Source: a virus (taxonomy: Duplodnaviria > Caudoviricetes). From it: DNA of 31,249 bases. Position 1 is the stretch's first letter; the number at the start of each line of letters is the position of its first letter. Below are positions 24,404-31,249 of this stretch, piece after piece. The position numbers and the translations under genes were made by a program. The notes beneath the pieces are model-generated. The model did not search any database and was not told the DNA's origin. It saw nothing but the letters and a program-made list of their open reading frames with translations. The stretch spans positions 1 through 31,249 of IMG/VR virus record IMGVR_UViG_3300027197_000009; one strand, written 5' to 3'.

Positions 24404-26286
24404 TATCCTTGTAGTTTATTCATAAATTGTTCAAAGGTCATTAAACCTTCTGGTTGATCTTTAGATGCAGTGATTAAATTCATAGACTTTTCTAATTGTG
24501 TTTTTAAAGTCTTATACATCTTATGAAGCGCTTTAGGAGTCATTGCTTTAAATGAAGCTTCATCACCATCTAACATTGCGTTACGAACTTTAGTAGCAGA
24601 AATATTATCGTCAGTTCTTGGAATTTCATAAAGGCTAAAGTCTTTACGGACATTTAATTGATCTCTATAAGAATCATTATTAACTTGATAACCGTATGCT
24701 TTCATTCTATCTGTTCCTGTTCCCCAAAGAACTGGTTCATATTTAGGACGTAGTTCATTAAACATCATATCGATTGCCGCTGAAGAAACTACAATGATTT
24801 CTTTTAGGAATGGATATTGTTTTTGAACCTGTTTGAACATTTCAACCTGTAATTTTTCATCATATGGTCTGCTAAATTCATCACCTTTTTTTACAGTCTT
24901 AGATTTAACTAAGAATACAACAACTGGAAAACCATTTTGTTTGTGAATAGTTTCAAGAACTTTAGCATGACCTAATGTAAATGGTTGAAATCTTCCAACA
25001 AACATATTTACTGGTTCAGCGCCTTGTTCACCATGATTAATTTTTAATGCTTCGTTTAAACTCATTTTTGTCTTAATATTATTATGCAACATAAAGTTCT
25101 TATAATCATAAATAGAATTTTCATCAGTGTTCTCTACGAAAACAACCTGATTAATAGTATCGATAACTTCATTCATTTGCTTCATCATATCATCGTTAAT
25201 GATATCTGATGTCTTTGTTCTCTTCTTTCTAAAAGTACCTAAAGTAATTTTAAACAATTCAGAAAGAACTTCATTTGAAACGTGACGTAGTGTTTTCTCG
25301 TTTTTAACAAAGTTAGTGTTTAACTTGAATGATTCTGCACTTGAGAATTCAGCGCTTTCAAAGTTAACTCCAATATATTTAGATGCGTTCTTTGTAACAT
25401 ATTCATTAAACGCAATTGACATTAATTCGATATATCTATGATCAGCGGTCTCTTCAACTAATTGAATTTCACTGAAATCATAGTTAATGAAATATTCTAA
25501 AAGATCCGCAACTGTGATTTGATAAATATGAGAACTTTCGCGACCTTCATTAAGAGATTGTCTCATAAAGTCTTCAAGTTTATATGAATAGATTTTTTTA
25601 CCTTCTGCGAAGTTAAGAATTAATCCATCAATTTCTTTTTCTAAATCTTCTTGTAAAATCGTAGCATGCGCATTTGGATTAAAGATCTTGTAAATTTCTT
25701 TAGTGAATGATGTCATATTTTCAGTTTCTGTTAAATAATCATAGTTAGCAGAAAACTCTTTATCATTCATTTCTAACAATCTTGTTAGTTTTTCTTTTTG
25801 CATTGAAGTTAACATACCGTCAAATAAAACAGTTTGTGGTTCAACGTCTAATACTTTAGACCACTTCTTAATGATAGTAGGATCTATAATTGTTTTTTTA
25901 ACTTTACCGCTCTCGGTTAATTGTTGAATATGAGTTAAGATTAAAGTATTGTTTGGTGTTTTAGTGTATTCAAAACGTGACACCTTTTCTTCTGGTAAAT
26001 ATTCAAAACCAAACTTAAAATCATGTGGAAGAGATTCTTTAGAAGTTGGATCTAAACTTTGAATATGTTTAATTGCAATTTCATATAATGACATAATAGT
26101 ACGATCTACGATAGTAAGTGGTTCTCCATTTGAAGATTTGTAAAATTCAAATTTATCATTAACTCTACGAACGTAAAAAGATGGTGCTGAAATTTTTTCA
26201 ACAACCATTACTCTATTGCTCAATAGCTTTTGAAAAGCATTTGAGTTTGTCTCCTGAAAATGTTCTCTTAATTTTTTAAGTGCCAT
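24403..26286 (-). CDS. Fusion of a degenerate ligase-like N-terminal region and a C-terminal cytidylyltransferase/NMNAT-like domain
   Basis: C-terminal VGRFQPFTLGH ([T/H]xGH), GTDR and ISATKVRNA. N-terminal VVEKISAPSF and IDGLIL resemble decayed ligase motifs I and IV. Confidence 0.7.
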   Translation of the reverse strand: MALKKLREHFQETNSNAFQKLLSNRVMVVEKISAPSFYVRRVNDKFEFYKSSNGEPLTIVDRTIMSLYEIAIKHIQSLDPTSKESLPHDFKFGFEYLPEEKVSRFEYTKTPNNTLILTHIQQLTESGKVKKTIIDPTIIKKWSKVLDVEPQTVLFDGMLTSMQKEKLTRLLEMNDKEFSANYDYLTETENMTSFTKEIYKIFNPNAHATILQEDLEKEIDGLILNFAEGKKIYSYKLEDFMRQSLNEGRESSHIYQITVADLLEYFINYDFSEIQLVEETADHRYIELMSIAFNEYVTKNASKYIGVNFESAEFSSAESFKLNTNFVKNEKTLRHVSNEVLSELFKITLGTFRKKRTKTSDIINDDMMKQMNEVIDTINQVVFVENTDENSIYDYKNFMLHNNIKTKMSLNEALKINHGEQGAEPVNMFVGRFQPFTLGHAKVLETIHKQNGFPVVVFLVKSKTVKKGDEFSRPYDEKLQVEMFKQVQKQYPFLKEIIVVSSAAIDMMFNELRPKYEPVLWGTGTDRMKAYGYQVNNDSYRDQLNVRKDFSLYEIPRTDDNISATKVRNAMLDGDEASFKAMTPKALHKMYKTLKTQLEKSMNLITASKDQPEGLMTFEQFMNKLQG

Positions 26287-26301
26287 AATTTTTATTTAAT
26301 C

Positions 26302-26844
26302 TTATTTTTGCCAGAGCATCACAGTTCCTGGATCGTAAAATTCACTATACCATCCTCTTTTTTGCAATTCTTTTGCAAACGTTTTTAAAACTCCCATTTC
26401 ATAAGCAGGGCTTTTTGCATAGTAGTCATAAACTACTTTACCTTTAAATTCTTCCTTGTCGTCTGCTGCTAACCAAATACCACCTTTACTACCGTTAAAT
26501 CTTTCTGTCGTATCAACAAATCTAAACCCAAGTTCGTCTTCTAACCAATCTGTCATTTGATCTAAACTCATTGCAACAGCTTCATTAACTACTGATTCAT
26601 TATATACAATCATACCCTCGTTATCTTCAATAGAAATTTTAGAGTTAGGATGTTTTCTTTTGGCAGCTTCATAAGATGCTGGAATAGCATCCATTATATC
26701 AACATGCAATTGGTCGATAACCTTACCATCTTTGATAACCACTACCGTCCATGGACCTGACTTAGAACCTTTTTTAACTCCAGTCATAATTTTAGACCAT
26801 TTTCCTTCTGTAATAAATGCTTCAAATAATTTAACTTTTTTCAT
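26302..26844 (-). CDS. Probable internal head protein with two modules
   Basis: MKKVKLFEAFITE leader and a central NESVVNE linker. Confidence 0.65.
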   Translation of the reverse strand: MKKVKLFEAFITEGKWSKIMTGVKKGSKSGPWTVVVIKDGKVIDQLHVDIMDAIPASYEAAKRKHPNSKISIEDNEGMIVYNESVVNEAVAMSLDQMTDWLEDELGFRFVDTTERFNGSKGGIWLAADDKEEFKGKVVYDYYAKSPAYEMGVLKTFAKELQKRGWYSEFYDPGTVMLWQK

Positions 26845-26845
26845 T

Positions 26846-28138
26846 TTATCTACCGTATTTTATAATACCCATCAACTGATTAATTGCAGCAAATGTACCT
26901 GTAAGTTTCATTACTTTACCCTTATATCTAAATACAATACCTTCAGTTGGAATAATGGATTCAATGCCTCCAATTCTATTTAAACGGTCAAGTTCTGACA
27001 TTACTTTTTCAACCTGCTTGACATCTCCACCTTTTTTAATTTTATCGGCTTCTGTTCTAATTTGATTGTGTAATCTTTGCATTTCTGCACTTGGGTTAGC
27101 AGCAACAAAATTACTTGCGTTTTTAAGAATAACGCTTCCTAGTTCTAAGAATAAGTCTTCAAATGGTCTAATGTTCTCTTTGTACTTTTGACCTGAAATC
27201 TTATCAAATTCTTTAACCTTTGCTGCTCCTTCTTTACCCACTTCTTTATCAAGTGATCTCATATTAAGAGTCTTTTTGTCTTGATACGCCCATCTTAGTA
27301 AGAGACCTTCTTTAATATCCTGTGATAAACCTGGAAAGTTTTGATCAATTTGTTCTCTCCACCACATCTCATGATACATTGAAACTTCATCAGCATCTGT
27401 TAATTTATAACGATCCTGTAGATCTTGAACTTGTTTAAAGAACTTAGCCTTATTTTGATCAAAGTTCATATCTTTACCTAGTTTAATAACCTGTGGAGGA
27501 ATAATTGTAAAAGTATTACCAACGTTTGCTTTAACTTTTTCTAAAGCTGCTGCGATACTTTTAGCGTAACTTGATTCTTCTCCAATAATATTACCTTCGC
27601 CATCTGTCTTTTTAATTCCATGGAATTGAATAACATCTCTATCGTAATAGATGACGTTTGGATTCTTTGAGTAAATTAACTCCATATTCATGAAGTTCTT
27701 ACCATTGTCAAACGCTTCTAAATCTTTGGCTGATAATTTAATTAGAGCTTTTGCTAAATCTTCAGCTGCAAATTGGAACGTTTCCTCAACCATTTTACTT
27801 GGGTGACCTTCAAACTTTTGCTTAAAAGTTTTAAGATCCATAGGATACTTTAATTCTGTTTTATTACGAGCAAATTTAACTTCGCCGTCTTGAACAGTTG
27901 CGAATACATTTTGACCATCGGTCTTCTCAGTAGGTTCTTCTTCAAAGTGTAGATTACCACTCAAGCCCTTCTCAATGATTTTCTTGAAATCTCCAAAGGT
28001 CAAATCAGTCTCATCAAACGGGTGACTCATGTGGCCCGCTGCACCACCTTCCATAATAAGTTGAGAATCTCTCCACTCATTTAGATCTCGGTTTGCTTTT
28101 TCAATTAAGAACTCTTGATATGTTAGAAGTAATTTCAT
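26846..28138 (-). CDS. RNA/DNA-ligase-like nucleotidyltransferase (DUF6267-like), probably virion-packaged
   Basis: GGAAGHMSHPF, motif I TEKTDGQN, FARNK, NMEL, motif IV EGIVF and motif V KLTG; leader MKLLLTYQEFLIE. Confidence 0.7.
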   Translation of the reverse strand: MKLLLTYQEFLIEKANRDLNEWRDSQLIMEGGAAGHMSHPFDETDLTFGDFKKIIEKGLSGNLHFEEEPTEKTDGQNVFATVQDGEVKFARNKTELKYPMDLKTFKQKFEGHPSKMVEETFQFAAEDLAKALIKLSAKDLEAFDNGKNFMNMELIYSKNPNVIYYDRDVIQFHGIKKTDGEGNIIGEESSYAKSIAAALEKVKANVGNTFTIIPPQVIKLGKDMNFDQNKAKFFKQVQDLQDRYKLTDADEVSMYHEMWWREQIDQNFPGLSQDIKEGLLLRWAYQDKKTLNMRSLDKEVGKEGAAKVKEFDKISGQKYKENIRPFEDLFLELGSVILKNASNFVAANPSAEMQRLHNQIRTEADKIKKGGDVKQVEKVMSELDRLNRIGGIESIIPTEGIVFRYKGKVMKLTGTFAAINQLMGIIKYGR

Positions 28139-28139
28139 T

Positions 28140-28469
28140 TTATTTTACAGTGTATTTTAATAAGCTACCTTCTTGCTTTACTTCAATTTTACCTTTTGTA
28201 AGTTTATCAATTTGCTTCATTGTTTCAGCAGGGTTTTGAGCTGCTAAATAGAAGTTATCCTTAATTTTTTGAGATTGGCCTGGTTTAGCATTAAACTGCT
28301 TAACTAAATCACCTTTATCATACCCTGTACCACCAACATTAACAACTCTCCAAGAGTTATTGTAATAAACGTCGTATTTTAAATCAGCGTTTAACAATAG
28401 ATCTACTAAGTATTCATAGTCTGCTGCTCTTTCATTTAAGAAAGCTTCAAATAGTTTTATGTGTTTCAT
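28140..28469 (-). CDS. Probable internal head protein
   Basis: MKHIKLFEAFLNE leader. Confidence 0.65.
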   Translation of the reverse strand: MKHIKLFEAFLNERAADYEYLVDLLLNADLKYDVYYNNSWRVVNVGGTGYDKGDLVKQFNAKPGQSQKIKDNFYLAAQNPAETMKQIDKLTKGKIEVKQEGSLLKYTVK

Positions 28470-28471
28470 AA

Positions 28472-29059
28472 TTATTCTTCGTCCTTTAATTTATATACAT
28501 AAAAGTCATAGCCCCAGTCATTACCTCTATCGCCAGCCTTAGATATTACAATTTTATTACTAGAGTGCCAGCCAGTAAATAAGTTATTTGGATAGTCTGT
28601 TATTTTATCTAAATTCTTTTTAACATCTTTCCAATTAACACCGCCAACAAATGTTTTTCGTTTTTTAAGCATCTCATCAAATGTATTAAAAGTTTCAGAA
28701 AAACCTGAGCCTGTTTTTGGATCTGCTTTTTGGAATTTGTATCTGTATTCTGGTACTTTAGGTCCTAAAATGTTTAAATGTACCCATTCATCAACTTCTT
28801 CAATACTAACTCTTAAATCTGGAAACTTATTTTTAATCAATTTCTGAACTCTTTCGGCTTCTGCGATATCTATATCACTTACTTCTTCGTATCCAACATC
28901 ACCATTTTCTCTTGTTTGTAACAAGATCTCTTCGGTATTGTTTTCATCATAAACCTCCATATATGTTTTAGTAGATTCAATAAATTTCAATATCTTTTTA
29001 TGTAAAGGTTTATCAAAACCTTCATTTATAAATTGTTCAAATAGTTTTATGTGTTTCAT
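28472..29059 (-). CDS. Probable internal head protein (start revised from 29068 to 29059)
   Basis: The MKHIKLFEQFINE leader begins at 29059, where it forms an ATGA overlap with the upstream stop. Confidence 0.65.
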   Translation of the reverse strand: MKHIKLFEQFINEGFDKPLHKKILKFIESTKTYMEVYDENNTEEILLQTRENGDVGYEEVSDIDIAEAERVQKLIKNKFPDLRVSIEEVDEWVHLNILGPKVPEYRYKFQKADPKTGSGFSETFNTFDEMLKKRKTFVGGVNWKDVKKNLDKITDYPNNLFTGWHSSNKIVISKAGDRGNDWGYDFYVYKLKDEE

Positions 29060-29361
29060 TTTGACCATGGATGATTTTTTGATACCATTTTAGCACCGTG
29101 AATTAGACCAAGAACATCTCTATCTCTTTCAGAGTGATAGATTCTGCCATCATCATGGAAGTATTTCCAGTGAGCCTCTTTTGACCCTTTACGAATACCA
29201 TAAGAAATATCCTCTTTCTTGTCGTAAATCACCTGGTTGTCCTTGTGTAATTCCTTATATGAATCCATAAACTTCTTAAGCTCGTAGCCAACAATAGTAT
29301 TATAGGTATTGAAAATACCTGCTTCATTAACAAATTGCTCGAATAGTTTAACGTGTTTCAT
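29056..29361 (-). CDS. Probable internal head protein
   Basis: MKHVKLFEQFVNE leader. Confidence 0.65.
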   Translation of the reverse strand: MKHVKLFEQFVNEAGIFNTYNTIVGYELKKFMDSYKELHKDNQVIYDKKEDISYGIRKGSKEAHWKYFHDDGRIYHSERDRDVLGLIHGAKMVSKNHPWSK

Positions 29362-29364
29362 AAG

Positions 29365-29420
29365 GCTAATATAATAAAAAAACTTGACCCAGAAAAATCC
29401 GGGTCAAGTTTTCTCTAAAT
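29365..29420 (-). promoter_or_regulatory. Composite terminator hairpin plus TTATATTAGC element (copy 2)
   Basis: 12-bp stem AAAACTTGACCC (29379-29390)/GGGTCAAGTTTT (29401-29412), then TTATATTAGC on the - strand; same spacing as copy 1. Confidence 0.6.
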
Positions 29421-31249
29421 TTATTTAAACTTTTTGACCATACTGTCAATCACCTTTTTAGCATCATGTTGAATGCCAGGTGCTCTGAAATTTCCTCCAA
29501 TCTCAAATGAGACCTCTTTGATTCTTTTAAGTAAAGTGTCCATTACTTGTTCAACTTCACCTAACAATTCTTCTCTTTTTTCGTCTTCGTCATCGGAGAT
29601 TGTACCATCAGCTTTTTTTTCGGCAACTTCAACTGATTCATTAGTTACTGATTCAAATGCACCAGTTGAAGCCATGTTGTATAAGTATTGTGCAATTTTC
29701 TTTGCTTTAGAACCCTTGTGGCCGTATGAAGAAACTACCTCTTCAGCTTCTTCTGGTTCCATCATTTCTAGTTCAAATGGATCTCTTTCATCAAGAAGGT
29801 CTTGCATAATTGAATATGCTTCATCCTCTTCTTTAGATTCATTAACTTCTAATGATTCACCTAATGAAGATGTTAACATACCTACAGCAGCTCCGTAATC
29901 TCCGTCAACTTTACCTAAGATACCATCAACAACTTCCTGTGCTTTAGCTTCGTCAAAGTCAGAGCCAAAAGCTTTTTGTAAAACTGAAAATGCATATTCT
30001 TTGAATTCATCATCAGACTTAATTTCAGCTTCGTTTACTTCAGTAACTACTGATTCTTCAACTGCAGCTTCAATTAAAATTGATTCTTCAATATATTCTG
30101 CTAGGTCTGGATCAGCCCATCCTAATTCTTCATCAGCTAAAACAGCTTCAAGATCTTTTCTTTTACCTTGCATTGTGATAACTGGGTTACCACCGCCTGG
30201 ACCATCCATTTTTTTATCAATGATTGTTACTTTATGCTTCTTTAAAAATTTTAAGAAGTCCTTATCATCTGGATCCATTGCATCCATTTCTACAGTTGCT
30301 TCACATAAAACTGATTCTAAATCTTCTTCTACTTTGTAAGTTTCACCTTCAAATTCAAATTCTTTTTCACCAGCTTCTTTAGCTTTTCTTACAGCATCAC
30401 CAAAGGCATTACCTTCTTCTACTTGTACTGATTCAAATGCAGGTTTTAAATCTCTATCACCGTATAATTCGATCATATACCATTTACCATCTCTTTCATC
30501 AAATAAGTATGCATATTCTGCTCCGTTACTATCGGCGTCATTAATATATTTCTTAAGATTTTTAACACTACCTTTCATTGGTTTCATGCTATTAACATCT
30601 CCATAGAAATTCATTTTATTAATGTCTGCTTCTAAGCCAGAGTTATCTCCTTTAGAGATTACAGCATCAACGTCTGTACCTTTTTTATATGCCTTCTTAA
30701 TGATTGGAAGCATGTTTTCTGGATAAGAATCGTAATGTGTATATACTGATGCAATTTCACCAGTCTTATAAATTTTGCCAAATTGACCTCTTGTACCTTC
30801 AGTAATAATTAGCACAGATTCTCTAAGACCCGTGTCTTTCTTTAAGGTTACTTTATATGTTTTACCATTGAATTCGAATTCCTTTTCTCCAGCTGCTTTA
30901 GCCTTTGCTGCAGCAAAAATGAATGCATTACCTTCAGCGATTTCATCGCCTTCAGCGTCACCTTCACCTTCTAGATCTAATTCTTTTTCAACGTCTTCTG
31001 GTTGCTCAACATCTGAATCAACCACTTTAGTTTCATCTTCTAATTCTTCAGCTTCAATACCTGCTTCTTCTTCAGAAACATTACCAAATGCTTTAGTAAT
31101 AAATTCTCTTTTTACATCTTCTTCTAAGTCCTCGAATGATGTGATATTCATTTCGTCTAATAATGCTGCAATTTTAGCTGTTAATTCGCCTCTCTTTGTT
31201 GCATTTTCTTCAGCAATTTTAACGGCCTTATCTTGAGCCATTACGTCTG
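29421..31249 (-). CDS. Acidic multi-module probable head/core protein (may start upstream of the window)
   Basis: The frame is open from the window edge (ORF-track ATG at 31241). It has many ES[VIL]xxE linkers, a duplicated EGNAF...GEKEFEF.G.TYKV module and a VYTHYDSYP...AEYAYLFD domain. Confidence 0.65.
   Translation of the reverse strand, partial: DVMAQDKAVKIAEENATKRGELTAKIAALLDEMNITSFEDLEEDVKREFITKAFGNVSEEEAGIEAEELEDETKVVDSDVEQPEDVEKELDLEGEGDAEGDEIAEGNAFIFAAAKAKAAGEKEFEFNGKTYKVTLKKDTGLRESVLIITEGTRGQFGKIYKTGEIASVYTHYDSYPENMLPIIKKAYKKGTDVDAVISKGDNSGLEADINKMNFYGDVNSMKPMKGSVKNLKKYINDADSNGAEYAYLFDERDGKWYMIELYGDRDLKPAFESVQVEEGNAFGDAVRKAKEAGEKEFEFEGETYKVEEDLESVLCEATVEMDAMDPDDKDFLKFLKKHKVTIIDKKMDGPGGGNPVITMQGKRKDLEAVLADEELGWADPDLAEYIEESILIEAAVEESVVTEVNEAEIKSDDEFKEYAFSVLQKAFGSDFDEAKAQEVVDGILGKVDGDYGAAVGMLTSSLGESLEVNESKEEDEAYSIMQDLLDERDPFELEMMEPEEAEEVVSSYGHKGSKAKKIAQYLYNMASTGAFESVTNESVEVAEKKADGTISDDEDEKREELLGEVEQVMDTLLKRIKEVSFEIGGNFRAPGIQHDAKKVIDSMVKKFK
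30331..30416. repeat. Intragenic duplicated module, copy 2
   Basis: Encodes EGNAFGDAVRKAKEAGEKEFEFEGETYKV; paralogous to 30850-30935. Confidence 0.85.
30850..30935. repeat. Intragenic duplicated module, copy 1
   Basis: Encodes EGNAFIFAAAKAKAAGEKEFEFNGKTYKV. Confidence 0.85.

Noticed and set aside
20667-29361. Leader repeats as a CRISPR array or mobile-element ends
   Set aside because: The repeats are in-frame protein N-termini with synonymous variation and are spaced by whole genes. No cas or transposase genes are present.
3600-31236. All + strand ORFs in the track (e.g. 4815-5063, 9185-9475, 29473-29898, 30001-30339, 30832-31236)
   Set aside because: They lie antisense to well-supported - strand genes, have no recognisable motifs, and their Ser-rich composition mirrors Glu-rich sense codons.
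1-31249. Stop-codon reassignment as in some Bacteroidota phages
   Set aside because: Conserved genes are full length in the standard code. TAG ends nrdA right after its canonical CxxCxG terminus, and TGA is used in ATGA overlaps.

Overview
AT-rich window from a large T4-like (probably jumbo) myophage genome. Essentially every credible gene is on the - strand. The host is probably Bacteroidota/Flavobacteriia, inferred from the short flavobacterial-type NrdAB, the lack of obvious Shine-Dalgarno sites and a TATATTAGC promoter-like motif. Positions 1-13.1 kb hold replication, recombination and nucleotide genes: gp46/gp47, a gp33-like protein, gp41 helicase, a 2OG-Fe(II) oxygenase, UvsX, a putative sliding clamp, NrdAB, and a family-B DNA polymerase split into two genes about 4.7 kb apart. 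Positions 13.1-18.5 kb hold DNA-modification and sugar genes: a gp56-like dNTP pyrophosphatase, a T4 alpha-glucosyltransferase homolog, a DUF6378-like protein, RmlB and a cytidylyltransferase. Positions 18.5-31.2 kb are an array of probable head-packaged proteins with a shared MKHxKLFExFxNE-type leader and ESVxNE linkers, including an RNA-ligase-like protein, a ligase-like/nucleotidyltransferase fusion and a PD-(D/E)xK-like protein. The most unusual feature is a three-hairpin element just after nrdA (8675-8748). It carries a 19-nt exact match to the conserved 23S rRNA helix 69 region, with the next 8 rRNA nucleotides displaced into a terminator loop, and would be antisense to rRNA in the nrdA transcript. 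All family calls come from motif recognition by eye; no database search was run.
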